Assembly (NCBI GenBank): GCA_032718475.1
Contig: JAUCBJ010007537.1
Coordinates: 1 to 44,548, forward strand
Source of the DNA: Nemertoderma westbladi
Lineage: Eukaryota > Animalia > Xenacoelomorpha
Length of the DNA stretch: 44,548 bases
Reading direction: 5' to 3'
Part shown: positions 11,227 through 24,524 of the stretch, in pieces
Layout of the letters: each line of letters starts with the position of its first letter
Position numbering within the stretch: position 1 is the stretch's first letter
Translations under genes and position numbers: made by a program
The notes under the pieces: model-generated
What the model was told of the DNA's origin: nothing
Databases searched by the model: none
Seen by the model: only the letters and a program-made list of their open reading frames with translations

Positions 11227-12346
11227 TAATTAAATTGCAGAAGTGAAGGCTGCTGCAAAGAGCATTAAGACCAAACGTGCCAGTGGAGTAGATGGTGTTC
11301 CCCCTGAGGTCTTTAAAATACCTGAGTGTTTAAAGCTCATCTATCCCATCATAGTAGACATGTACCGAACAACAAGAGTCCCACAAGAAATGAAAACAAA
11401 TAAGTTGGTGCCAGTTCCCAAGAAGGGCAACCTAACACTCTATCACCCTACTCTACCTAACACCCTTAGATCATTATAATGATGATGGGGTGATGATAAC
11501 TCCACCTACTGGCTCCATAAGTCGAGGAAATCCTGCCAAGTACCTAACTGATCTAGACTTTGCTGATGACTTAGGAGTACTCTCAGAATCATTAGAGGGA
11601 GCCCAACGGCTCCTCAGCTCATTAGAGCATGCTGCTTCTAGTGTTGGTCTTTTTATTAACTCCAAAAAGACCAAAATTCTGACAGTTAACTTTGAAAGTC
11701 CTCAGCAAGTCTCTGATCGGATGAGCATAAGCTCAAAGGATGGTATGCTTGAGCATGTGGACGACTTCTGTTACCTGGGATCATGGATCCGGAAGTCAGG
11801 TGAGGACCTTCGAATACGTAAGGGAAAGGCATGGGCAGCCTTGAATAGGCTTTCCAGGATTTGGAAGTCACCAAGAATTAATCGGAAACTTAAGGTCCGA
11901 TTATTTAGAGCAGCAGTAGTTCCAGTACTCATCTATGGGAGCCCATGCTGGGCTCTAACTGCTGAGGACACCAAATCTCTGGATGGCACATTCACAAGAA
12001 TGCTACGCCGGGTTCATTGTGTCAAGTACAACGCACACATCTCCAACCAGACACTATATAACATTGGAGGTGTCTCATTGGTTCCCCCAAGCTTGACACT
12101 AGAACAAAATCGCCTCCGCTTTGCAGGACATTGCTTTCGCCGTGAGGACCAGCCAGTGCATAATCTTGTACTTTGGCAGCCTCATGGAGTGAATAAGCAT
12201 GGTGGACAGCCCATGACTTTCTTGAGACGCATCTTAAAGGACACTGGCCTTAAAGATGCGGATGATCTAGCAAATGTCATGGGTGATAGGGAGTTGTGGC
12301 GGTGCAATTTTGTTGACAAGCCGGCACGCGATCCTATTAGTAGTAG
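11227..12346 (+). mobile_element. 5'-truncated RTE-clade LINE in Dmrt intron 1, antisense to the gene
   Basis: RT motifs ASGVDGVPPEVFK, VPVPKKGNL, DLDFADDL, FCYLGS, LIYGSPCW and RLRFAGHC; (TAG)n tail; 11-bp TSD TATTATTAACA at 11216-11226 and 12347-12357. A large internal RT deletion lies near 11440-11464, and a 3' deletion removed the native stop. Confidence 0.92.
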
Positions 12347-12579
12347 TATTATTAACAGGGGTTTAACTAAGAAAATATTAAAAATTAATTTTTATCTTCA
12401 ACAGCATGCGTTATCTTCTAGAGTAACAAAGGGTGAACCTGTTAGAGAACTAGGCTGATTAAATGTAAAGCGCTGTGCCAAATATGAGCTGCTCCGTGCG
12501 CATGGTTCTCCAGGTTCTCACGCATCAACTGTCTCCATGAATGGCTTACTAAAAATCTTACTACCAAAAATAATTCACC

Positions 12580-12645
12580 GAAAGTCGAGATTGAACTCGG
12601 TACCTAGAAATTCCAAGTCCAACGTTCTACCAACTTCGCCACTAC
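12580..12645 (-). mobile_element. Degenerate tRNA-derived sequence (probable SINE head)
   Basis: Minus strand has A-box TGGCGAAGTTGG (12641-12630) and a T-arm/B-box-like CGAG-TTCAAT-CTCG (about 12599-12586). The anticodon and acceptor stems do not pair well, so it is not a functional tRNA. Confidence 0.5.
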
Positions 12646-12754
12646 GTGGTATGAAGCGTTGAAAAACTAAAACCTAACTGGAAATTAACAACAACAATAA
12701 CATTATATATTATATTATAACAATATATTATGGAATATTGAAATATCATCTTAC

Positions 12755-12966
12755 CTGGCGCACTTTGGTGTGCGTTGCTGTGCGACAGTGGACGCGGTAA
12801 CGTTGACTTTCTGCGATGCGACCCCAGTGGGCGACCCCAGATCGGTGGGACTGCGGTTGCCATTGGTTGCCGAAGTCTGTCCCATGTACATGTACGGCGG
12901 GGTTCCGTGATTGAAACATGCAGGTAGTTTGGCATCCATTTGTCTAAGTCGCGCTGTTGATGTCAT
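12755..12966 (-). CDS. dmrt3: Dmrt3-like transcription factor, coding exon 1 (N-terminus and start of DM domain, ...QRTPKCAR)
   Basis: ATG at 12966 with an in-frame TAG just upstream. Translation includes GTPPYMYMG (resembles the vertebrate DMRT3 N-terminal GSPYLYMG) and QRTPKCAR. Ends at the phase-2 donor AG|GTAAGA (12755/12754). The downstream ATG (MDAKL) is an alternative start. Confidence 0.88.
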
Positions 12967-13149
12967 CTAGACGACTAAAAACGTTTGATTTAAAATATTA
13001 TAGCGATTTATTAACTCTAAATATAATAAATATTAATGAAGTAACAATGAGTAAGTAGTAATATTAATGAAACTGTAGAATTATATTACAACATTAAATT
13101 CTAACCAAAGACTTTGAATATAAAACTATTATCTTTGTCACATTATCTT

Positions 13150-13340
13150 TTAACCAAATTGGTGATGAATTGATACATTGGCCAATCACATTCAACTTGG
13201 GGGCACGTTGTTGAAATAGATTGAACCAATCAGAGAAGAGGGTGAGCTCAAAATAGTTGGCTCTCGCCTAGAGTGTTATTGATCAAAATAATGATTTCTG
13301 TGAATTAAATGAAGTAAATTTATGTTACCCGTATTGGTTA
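13150..13340 (-). promoter_or_regulatory. Putative proximal promoter with clustered CCAAT boxes
   Basis: CCAAT/ATTGG at 13158, 13177-13186 (palindrome ATTGGCCAAT), 13226 and 13333, about 190-370 bp upstream of the Dmrt ATG. The TSS cannot be located from sequence. Confidence 0.45.
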
Positions 13341-16300
13341 AACCAGATGTAAGAGTAATAGGGCCTACAGTAGTTACACCAGATGTAAGAGTAGTAGGGC
13401 CTACAATAGTTACACCAGATGTAAGAGTAGTAGGGCCTACAGTAGTTACACCAGATGTAAGAGTAGTAGGGCCTACAATAGTTACACCAGATGTAAGAGT
13501 AGTAGGGCCTACAGTAGTTACACCAGATGTAAGAGTAGTAGGGCCTACAATAGTTACACCAGATGTAAGAGTAGTAGGGCCTACAGTAGTTACACCAGAT
13601 GTAAGAGTAGTAGGGCCTACAGTAGTTACACCAGATGTAAGAGTAGTAGGGCCTACAGTAGTTACACCAGATGTAAGAGTAGAAGGGCCTACAGTAGTTA
13701 CACCAGATGTAAGAGTAGTAGGGCCTACAGTAGTTACACCAGATGTAAGAGTAGTAGGGCCTGCAGTAGTTACACCAGATGTAAGAGTAGTAGGGCCTAC
13801 AGTAGTTACACCAGATGTAAGAGTAGTAGGGCCTACAGTAGTTACACCAGATGTAAGAATAGTAGGGCCTACAGTAGTTACACCAGATGTAAGAGTAGTA
13901 GGGCCTACAGTAGTTACACCAGAGGTAAGAGTAGTAGGGCCTACAGTAGTTACACCAGATGTAAGAGTAGTAGGGCCTACAGTAGTTACACCAGATGTAA
14001 GAATATTAGGGCCTACAGTAGTTACACCAGATGTGAGAGTAGTAGGGCCTACAATAGTTACACCAGATGTAAGAGTAGTAGGGCCTACAGTAGTTACACC
14101 AGATGTAAGAGTTGAAGGGCCTACAGTAGTTACACCAGATGTAAGAGTAGTAGAGGCCTACAGTGGTTACACCAGATGTAAGAATAGTAGGGCCTACAGT
14201 AGTTACACCAGATGTAAGAATAGTAGGGCCTACAGTAGTTACACCAGATGTGGGGGTAGTAGGGCCTACAGTAGTTACACCAGATGTAAGAGTAGTAGAG
14301 GCCTACAGTGGTTACACCAGATGTAAGAGTAGTAGGGCCTACAGTAGTTACACCAGATGTGAGAGTAGTAGGGCCTACAGGATTTACACCAGATGTAAGA
14401 GTAGTAGGGCCTACAGTAGTTACACCAGATGTGAGAGTAGTAGGGCCTACAGTAGTTACACCAGATGTAAGAATAGTAGTAGGGCCTACAGTAGCTACAC
14501 CAGATGTAAGAATAGTAGGGCCTACAGTAGTTACACCAGATGTGAGAGTAGTAGGGCCTACAATAGTTACACCAGATGTAAGAGTAGTAGGGCCTACAGT
14601 AGTTACACCAGATGTAAGAGTTGAAGGGCCTACAGTAGTTACACCAGATGTAAGAGTAGTAGAGGCCTACAGTGGTTACACCAGATGTAAGAATAGTAGG
14701 GCCTACAGTAGTTACACCAGATGTAAGAATAGTAGGGCCTACAGTAGTTACACCAGATGTGGGGGTAGTAGGGCCTACAGTAGTTACACCAGATGTAAGA
14801 GTAGTAGAGGCCTACAGTGGTTACACCAGATGTAAGAGTAGTAGAGGCCTACAGTGGTTACACCAGATGTAAGAATAGTAGGGCCTACAGTAGTTACACC
14901 AGATGTAAGAATAGTAGGGCCTACAGTAGTTACACCAGATGTGGGGGTAGTAGGGCCTACAGTAGTTACACCAGATGTGAGAGTAGTAGGGCCTACAGGA
15001 GTTACACCAGATGTAAGAGTAGTAGGGCCTACAGTAGTTACACCAGATGTAAGAGTAGAAGGGCCTACAGTAGTTACACCAGATGTAAGAGTAGAAGGGC
15101 CTACAGTAGTTACACCAGATGTGAGAGTAGTAGGGCCTACAATAGTTACACCAGATGTAAGAGTAGTAGGGCCTACAGTAGTTACACCAGATGTAAGAGT
15201 AGTAGGGCCTACAGTAGTTACACCAGATGTAAGAGTAGAAGGGCCTACATTAGTTACACCAGATGTAAGAATAGTAGGGCCTACAGTAGTTACACCAGAT
15301 GTGGGGGTAGTAGGGCCTACAGTAGTTACACCAGATGTAAGAGTAGTAGAGGCGTACAGTGGTTACACCAGATGTAAGAGTAGTAGGGCCTACAGAAGTT
15401 ACACCAGATGTGAGAGTAGTAGGGCCTACAATAGTTACACCAGATGTAAGAGTAGTAGGGCCTACAGTAGTTACACCAGATGTAAGAGTAGTAGGGCCTA
15501 CAGTAGTTACATCAGATGTGAGAGTAGTAGGGCCTACAATAGTTACACCAGATGTAAGAGTAGTAGGGCCTACAGTAGTTACACCAGATGTAAGAGTAGT
15601 AGAGGCCTACAGTGGTTACACCAGATGTAAGAGTAGAAGGGCCTACAGTAGTTACACCAGATGTAAGAGTAGAAGGGCCTACAGTAGTTACACCAGATGT
15701 AAGAGTAGAAGGGCCTACAGTAGTTACACCAGATGTAAGAGTAGTAGGGCCTACAGTAGTTACACCAGATGTAAGAGTAGTAGGGCCTGCAGTAGTTACA
15801 CCAGATGTAAGAGTAGTAGGGCCTACAGTAGTTACACCAGATGTAAGAGTAGAAGGGCCTACAGTAGTTACACCAGATGTAAGAATCTTAGGGCCTACAG
15901 TAGTTACACCAGATGTGGGGGTAGTAGGGCCTGCAGTAGTTACACCAGATGTAAGAGTAGTAGGGCCTACAGTAGTTACACCAGATGTAAGAGTAGTAGG
16001 GCCTACAGTAGTTACACCAGATGTAAGAATAGTAGGGCCTACAGTAGTTACACCAGATGTAAGAGTAGTAGGGCCTACAGTAGTTACACCAGATGTAAGA
16101 GTAGTAGGGCCTACAATAGTTACACCAGATGTAAGAGTAGTAGGGCCTACAGTAGTTACACCAGATGTAAGAGTAGTAGGGCCTACAGTAGTTACACCAG
16201 ATGTAAGAATAGTAGGGCCTACAGTAGTTACACCAGATGTGAGAGTAGTAGGGCCTACAATAGTTACACCAGATGTAAGAGTAGTAGGGCCTACAGTAGT

Positions 16301-19300
16301 TACACCAGATGTAAGAGTTGAAGGGCCTACAGTAGTTACACCAGATGTAAGAGTAGTAGAGGCCTACAGTGGTTACACCAGATGTAAGAATAGTAGGGCC
16401 TACAGTAGTTACACCAGATGTAAGAATAGTAGGGCCTACAGTAGTTACACCAGATGTGGGGGTAGTAGGGCCTACAGTAGTTACACCAGATGTAAGAGTA
16501 GTAGAGGCCTACAGTGGTTACACCAGATGTAAGAGTAGTAGGGCCTACAGTAGTTACACCAGATGTGAGAGTAGTAGGGCCTACAGGATTTACACCAGAT
16601 GTAAGAGTAGTAGGGCCTACAGTAGTTACACCAGATGTGAGAGTAGTAGGGCCTACAGTAGTTACACCAGATGTAAGAGTAGTAGAGGCGTACAGTGGTT
16701 ACACCAGATGTAAGAGTAGTAGGGCCTACAGAAGTTACACCAGATGTGAGAGTAGTAGGGCCTACAATAGTTACACCAGATGTAAGAGTAGTAGGGCCTA
16801 CAGTAGTTACACCAGATGTAAGAGTAGTAGGGCCTACAGTAGTTACATCAGATGTGAGAGTAGTAGGGCCTACAATAGTTACACCAGATGTAAGAGTAAT
16901 AGGGCCTACAGTAGTTACACCAGATGTAAGAGTAGTAGGGCCTACAATAGTTACACCAGATGTAAGAGTAGTAGGGCCTACAGTAGTTACACCAGATGTA
17001 AGAGTAGTAGGGCCTACAATAGTTACACCAGATGTAAGAGTAGTAGGGCCTACAGTAGTTACACCAGATGTAAGAGTAGTAGGGCCTACAATAGTTACAC
17101 CAGATGTAAGAGTAGTAGGGCCTACAGTAGTTACACCAGATGTAAGAGTAGTAGGGCCTACAGTAGTTACACCAGATGTAAGAGTAGTAGGGCCTACAGT
17201 AGTTACACCAGATGTAAGAGTAGAAGGGCCTACAGTAGTTACACCAGATGTAAGAGTAGTAGGGCCTACAGTAGTTACACCAGATGTAAGAGTAGTAGGG
17301 CCTGCAGTAGTTACACCAGATGTAAGAGTAGTAGGGCCTACAGTAGTTACACCAGATGTAAGAGTAGTAGGGCCTACAGTAGTTACACCAGATGTAAGAA
17401 TAGTAGGGCCTACAGTAGTTACACCAGATGTAAGAGTAGTAGGGCCTACAGTAGTTACACCAGAGGTAAGAGTAGTAGGGCCTACAGTAGTTACACCAGA
17501 TGTAAGAGTAGTAGGGCCTACAGTAGTTACACCAGATGTAAGAATAGTAGGGCCTACAGTAGTTACACCAGATGTGAGAGTAGTAGGGCCTACAATAGTT
17601 ACACCAGATGTAAGAGTAGTAGGGCCTACAGTAGTTACACCAGATGTAAGAGTAGTAGGGCCTACAGTAGTTACACCAGATGTAAGAGTAGAAGGGCCTA
17701 CATTAGTTACACCAGATGTAAGAATAGTAGGGCCTACAGTAGTTACACCAGATGTGGGGGTAGTAGGGCCTACAGTAGTTACACCAGATGTAAGAGTAGT
17801 AGAGGCGTACAGTGGTTACACCAGATGTAAGAGTAGTAGGGCCTACAGAAGTTACACCAGATGTGAGAGTAGTAGGGCCTACAATAGTTACACCAGATGT
17901 AAGAGTAGTAGGGCCTACAGTAGTTACACCAGATGTAAGAGTAGTAGGGCCTACAGTAGTTACATCAGATGTGAGAGTAGTAGGGCCTACAATAGTTACA
18001 CCAGATGTAAGAGTAGTAGGGCCTACAGTAGTTACACCAGATGTAAGAGTAGTAGAGGCCTACAGTGGTTACACCAGATGTAAGAGTAGAAGGGCCTACA
18101 GTAGTTACACCAGATGTAAGAGTAGAAGGGCCTACAGTAGTTACACCAGATGTAAGAGTAGAAGGGCCTACAGTAGTTACACCAGATGTAAGAGTAGTAG
18201 GGCCTACAGTAGTTACACCAGATGTAAGAGTAGTAGGGCCTGCAGTAGTTACACCAGATGTAAGAGTAGTAGGGCCTACAGTAGTTACACCAGATGTAAG
18301 AGTAGAAGGGCCTACAGTAGTTACACCAGATGTAAGAATCTTAGGGCCTACAGTAGTTACACCAGATGTGGGGGTAGTAGGGCCTGCAGTAGTTACACCA
18401 GATGTAAGAGTAGTAGGGCCTACAGTAGTTACACCAGATGTAAGAGTAGTAGGGCCTACAGTAGTTACACCAGATGTAAGAATAGTAGGGCCTACAGTAG
18501 TTACACCAGATGTAAGAGTAGTAGGGCCTACAGTAGTTACACCAGATGTAAGAGTAGTAGAGGCCTGCAGTGGTTACACCAGATGTAAGAGTAGTAGGGC
18601 CTACAGTAGTTACACCAGATGTGAGAGTAGTAGGGCCTACAATAGTTACACCAGATGTAAGAGTGGTAGGGCCTACAGTAGTTACACCAGATGTAAGAGT
18701 AGTAGGGCCTACAGTAGTTACACCAGATGTAAGATTAGTAGGGCCTACAGTAGTTACACCAGAGGTAAGAGTAGTAGGGCCTACAGTAGTTACACCAGAT
18801 GTAAGAGTAGTAGGGCCTACAGTAGTTACACCAGATGTAAGAGTAGAAGGGCCTACAGTAGTTACACCAGATGTAAGAGTAGTAGGGCCTACAGTAGTTA
18901 CACCAGATGTAAGAGTAGTAGGGCCTGCAGTAGTTACACCAGATGTAAGAGTAGTAGGGCCTGCAGTAGTTACACCAGATGTAAGAATAGTAGGGCCTAC
19001 AGTAGTTACACCAGATGTGAGAGTAGTAGGGCCTACAATAGTTACACCAGATGTAAGAGTAGTAGGGCCTACAGTAGTTACACCAGATGTAAGAGTTGAA
19101 GGGCCTACAGTAGTTACACCAGATGTAAGAGTAGTAGAGGCCTACAGTGGTTACACCAGATGTAAGAATAGTAGGGCCTACAGTAGTTACACCAGATGTA
19201 AGAATAGTAGGGCCTACAGTAGTTACACCAGATGTGGGGGTAGTAGGGCCTACAGTAGTTACACCAGATGTAAGAGTAGTAGGGCCTGCAGTAGTTACAC

Positions 19301-22300
19301 CAGATGTAAGAGTAGTGGGGCCTACAGTAGTTACACCAGATGTAAGAGTTGAAGGGCCTACAGTAGTTACACCAGATGTAAGAGTTGAAGGGCCTACAGT
19401 AGTTACACCAGATGTAAGAATAGTAGGGCCTACAGTAGTTACACCAGATGTGGGGGTAGTAGGGCCTACAGTAGTTACACCAGATGTAAGAGTAGTAGAG
19501 GCGTACAGTGGTTACACCAGATGTAAGAGTAGTAGGGCCTACAGAAGTTACACCAGATGTGAGAGTAGTAGGGCCTACAATAGTTACACCAGATGTAAGA
19601 GTAGTAGGGCCTACAGTAGTTACACCAGATGTAAGAGTAGTAGGGCCTACAGTAGTTACACCAGATGTAAGAATAGTAGTAGGGCCTACAGTAGCTACAC
19701 CAGATGTAAGAATAGTAGGGCCTACAGTAGTTACACCAGATGTGAGAGTAGTAGGGCCTACAATAGTTACACCAGATGTAAGAGTAGTAGGGCCTACAGT
19801 AGTTACACCAGATGTAAGAGTTGAAGGGCCTACAGTAGTTACACCAGATGTAAGAGTAGTAGAGGCCTACAGTGGTTACACCAGATGTAAGAATAGTAGG
19901 GCCTACAGTAGTTACACCAGATGTAAGAATAGTAGGGCCTACAGTAGTTACACCAGATGTGGGGGTAGTAGGGCCTACAGTAGTTACACCAGATGTAAGA
20001 GTAGTAGAGGCCTACAGTGGTTACACCAGATGTAAGAGTAGTAGAGGCCTACAGTGGTTACACCAGATGTAAGAATAGTAGGGCCTACAGTAGTTACACC
20101 AGATGTAAGAATAGTAGGGCCTACAGTAGTTACACCAGATGTGGGGGTAGTAGGGCCTACAGTAGTTACACCAGATGTGAGAGTAGTAGGGCCTACAGGA
20201 GTTACACCAGATGTAAGAGTAGTAGGGCCTACAGTAGTTACACCAGATGTAAGAGTAGAAGGGCCTACAGTAGTTACACCAGATGTAAGAGTAGAAGGGC
20301 CTACAGTAGTTACACCAGATGTGAGAGTAGTAGGGCCTACAATAGTTACACCAGATGTAAGAGTAGTAGGGCCTACAGTAGTTACACCAGATGTAAGAGT
20401 AGTAGGGCCTACAGTAGTTACACCAGATGTAAGAGTAGAAGGGCCTACATTAGTTACACCAGATGTAAGAATAGTAGGGCCTACAGTAGTTACACCAGAT
20501 GTGGGGGTAGTAGGGCCTACAGTAGTTACACCAGATGTAAGAGTAGTAGAGGCGTACAGTGGTTACACCAGATGTAAGAGTAGTAGGGCCTACAGAAGTT
20601 ACACCAGATGTGAGAGTAGTAGGGCCTACAATAGTTACACCAGATGTAAGAGTAGTAGGGCCTACAGTAGTTACACCAGATGTAAGAGTAGTAGGGCCTA
20701 CAGTAGTTACATCAGATGTGAGAGTAGTAGGGCCTACAATAGTTACACCAGATGTAAGAGTAGTAGGGCCTACAGTAGTTACACCAGATGTAAGAGTAGT
20801 AGAGGCCTACAGTGGTTACACCAGATGTAAGAGTAGAAGGGCCTACAGTAGTTACACCAGATGTAAGAGTAGAAGGGCCTACAGTAGTTACACCAGATGT
20901 AAGAGTAGAAGGGCCTACAGTAGTTACACCAGATGTAAGAGTAGTAGGGCCTACAGTAGTTACACCAGATGTAAGAGTAGTAGGGCCTGCAGTAGTTACA
21001 CCAGATGTAAGAGTAGTAGGGCCTACAGTAGTTACACCAGATGTAAGAGTAGAAGGGCCTACAGTAGTTACACCAGATGTAAGAATCTTAGGGCCTACAG
21101 TAGTTACACCAGATGTGGGGGTAGTAGGGCCTACAGTAGTTACACCAGATGTAAGAGTAGTAGAGGCCTACAGTGGTTACACCAGATGTAAGAGTAGTAG
21201 GGCCTACAGTAGTTACACCAGATGTAAGAGTAGTAGGGCCTACAGTAGCTACACCAGATGTGGAGGTAGTAGGGCCTACAGTAGTTACACCAGATGTAAG
21301 AGTAGTAGAGGCCTGCAGTGGTTACACCAGATGTAAGAGTAGTAGGGCCTACAGTAGTTACACCAGATGTGAGAGTAGTAGGGCCTACAATAGTTACACC
21401 AGATGTAAGAGTGGTAGGGCCTACAGTAGTTACACCAGATGTAAGAGTAGTAGGGCCTACAGTAGTTACACCAGATGTAAGATTAGTAGGGCCTACAGTA
21501 GTTACACCAGAGGTAAGAGTAGTAGGGCCTACAGTAGTTACACCAGATGTAAGAGTAGTAGGGCCTACAGTAGTTACACCAGATGTAAGAGTAGAAGGGC
21601 CTACAGTAGTTACACCAGATGTAAGAGTAGTAGGGCCTACAGTAGTTACACCAGATGTAAGAGTAGTAGGGCCTGCAGTAGTTACACCAGATGTAAGAGT
21701 AGTAGGGCCTACAGTAGTTACACCAGATGTAAGAGTAGTAGGGCCTACAGTAGTTACACCAGATGTGAGAGTAGTAGGGCCTACAATAGTTACACCAGAT
21801 GTAAGAGTAGTAGGGCCTACAGTAGTTACACCAGATGTAAGAGTAGTAGGGCCTACAGTAGTTACACCAGATGTAAGAGTAGTAGGGCCTACAGTAGTTA
21901 CACCAGAGGTAAGAGTAGTAGGGCCTACAGTAGTTACACCAGATGTAAGAGTAGTAGGGCCTACAGTAGTTACACCAGATGTAAGAGTAGTAGGGCCTAC
22001 AGTAGTTACACCAGATGTAAGAGTAGTAGGGCCTACAGTAGTTACACCAGATGTAAGAGTAGTAGGGCCTACAGTAGTTACACCAGATGTAAGAGTAGTA
22101 GGGCCTACAGTAGTTACACCAGATGTAAGAGTAGTAGGGCCTACAGTAGTTACACCAGATGTAAGAGTAGAAGGGCCTACAGTAGTTACACCAGATGTAA
22201 GAGTAGTAGGGCCTACAGTAGTTACACCAGATGTAAGAGTTGAAGGGCCTACAGTAGTTACACCAGATGTAAGAGTAGTAGGGCCTACAGTAGTTACACC

Positions 22301-23885
22301 AGATGTAAGAGTAGTAGGGCCTACAGTAGTTACACCAGATGTAAGAGTAGAAGGGCCTACAGTAGTTACACCAGATGTAAGAGTAGTAGGGCCTACAGTA
22401 GTTACACCAGATGTAAGAGTAGTAGGGCCTACAGTAGTTACACCAGATGTAAGAGTAGAAGGGCCTACAGTAGTTACACCAGATGTAAGAGTAGAAGGGC
22501 CTACAGTAGTTACACCAGATGTAAGAGTAGAAGGGCCTACAGTAGTTACACCAGATGTAAGAGTTGAAGGGCCTACAGTAGTTACACCAGATGTAAGAGT
22601 AGAAGGGCCTACAGTAGTTACACCAGATGTGAGATTAGTAGGGCCTACAATAGTTACACCAGATGTAAGAGTAGTAGGGCCTACAGTAGTTACACCAGAT
22701 GTAAGAGTAGTAGGGCCTGCAGTAGTTACACCAGATGTAAGAGTAGTGGGGCCTACAGTAGTTACACCAGATGTAAGAGTTGAAGGGCCTACAGTAGTTA
22801 CACCAGATGTAAGAGTTGAAGGGCCTACAGTAGTTACACCAGATGTAAGAGTTGAAGGGCCTAGAGTAGTTACACCAGATGTAAGAGTAGAAGGGCCTAC
22901 AGTAGTTACACCAGATGTGAGATTAGTAGGGCCTACAATAGTTACACCAGATGTAAGAGTAGTAGGGCCTACAGTAGTTACACCAGATGTAAGAGTAGTA
23001 GGGCCTGCAGTAGTTACACCAGATGTAAGAGTAGTGGGGCCTACAGTAGTTACACCAGATGTAAGAGTAGTAGGGCCTACAGTAGTTACACCAGATGTAA
23101 GAGTAGTAGGGCCTACAGTAGTTACACCAGATGTAAGAGTAGTAGGGCCTACAGTAGTTACACCAGATGTAAGAGTAGTAGGGCCTACAGTAGTTACACC
23201 AGATGTAAGAGTAGTAGGGCCTACAGTAGTTACACCAGATGTAAGAGTAGTAGGGCCTACAGTAGTTACACCAGATGTAAGAGTAGTAGGGCCTACAGTA
23301 GCTACACCAGATGTAAGAGTAGTAGAGGCCTACAGTGGTTACACCAGATGTAAGATTAGTAGGGCCTACAGTAGTTACACCAGATGTAAGAGTAGTAGGG
23401 CCTACAGTAGTTACACCAGATGTAAGAGTAGTAGGGCCTACAGTAGTTACACCAGATGTAAGAGTAGTAGAGGCCTACAGTGGTTACACCAGATGTAAGA
23501 TTAGTAGGGCCTACAGTAGCTACACCAGATGTAAGAGTAGTAGGGCCTACAGTTGTTACACCAGATGTAAGAGTAGTAGGGCCTACAGTAGCTACACCAG
23601 ATGTAAGAGTAGTAGAGGCCTACAGTGGTTACACCAGATGTAAGATTAGTAGGGCCTACAGTAGCTACACCAGATGTAAGAGTAGTAGGGCCTACAGTAG
23701 TTACACCAGATGTAAGATTAGTAGGGCCTACAGTTGTTACACCAGATGTAAGAGTAGTAGGGCCTACAGTAGTTACACCAGATGTAAGAGTAGTAGGGCC
23801 TACAGTAGTTACACCAGATGTAAGAGTAGTAGGGCCTACAATAGTTACACCAGATGTAAGAGTAGTAGGGCCTACAGTAGTCACA
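13337..23885. repeat. 36-bp satellite array (~10.5 kb, about 290 copies) with multi-kb internal duplications
   Basis: Unit acaccagatgtaagagtagtagggcctacagtagtt, with recurring 37-bp variants (agaggcctacagtggtt). Blocks repeat at an offset of 5200 bp. Confidence 0.99.
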
Positions 23886-24291
23886 TTAATCGTAGAATCA
23901 CATTTAAAGTTTTTACACGGATATAAATTGATCGCCCATCCGTCGCTTAATCCTTCTCACCAAAGTATCCAACATCAGAATCGACTCCAGATCTACTCCA
24001 GACCCATGATGACGAACGGAATAGTCAGGTCACTAATATTATAAGTACTCAAGATCAAGAGCCTCTCTCAGAACAAGCCGCCGAACCTCTGTATTTCCAC
24101 AGTAACAGTTAAAGAGACGTTTGATATATATAGATTTGTATACATTGGCCGGGCTCATTGCTGGTTGGCGAATAATTATCTCCCTACCGATTTGCTGATG
24201 GCTTTAGTGTCATACTGTTGACAAACAGCTTAAATGTAAATTACAGTAACAATGTGTTGGCAAGCTGTATTTCGCCATCCGGCAATCCGAC

Positions 24292-24334
24292 ACCACGCTG
24301 ATGAGACCCAGTAAGGTCGAAACGCGTACGTGGT
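24292..24334 (+). ncRNA. Minimal type I hammerhead ribozyme
   Basis: Stem I ACCACG(24292-97)/CGTGGT(24329-34); core CTGATGA (24298-304); stem II GACC/GGTC with loop CAGTAA; GAAA (24319-22); palindromic stem III ACGCGT; GUA cleavage triplet ending at 24328. Confidence 0.88.
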
Positions 24335-24524
24335 TTGGAGAGATATGAGATATTAATTTCAAGAAAAATTACGCGATTCCTAAATTTGTACACTACCCGG
24401 TTTAAAAGTACGCATGTGATGGGATTAGTCCTACAATTGCGCCAATAAAAGATAAGTTATTTTCGGTAAAATAAACTTATCATTCGAGGTTAAGACCCCT
24501 AGATCCCTTCCTATAATAAATGTA

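Noticed and set aside
12580-12645. Functional tRNA gene
   Set aside because: Has A/B-box-like motifs but no proper acceptor or anticodon stem; kept only as a SINE-like remnant.
13322-24044. Long ORFs encoding VTPDVRVVGPTV / YTRCKSSRAYSS repeats (mucin-like TTVGPTTLTSGV on the minus strand)
   Set aside because: They arise from a 36-bp unit lacking stops in some frames. Frequent 37-bp variants shift the frame, and there is no unique domain, signal peptide or splice support.
23886-24044. HPSLN motif as a Penelope GIY-YIG endonuclease C-terminus upstream of the hammerhead
   Set aside because: Too short, and the other conserved residues are not recognisable; a profile search would be needed.
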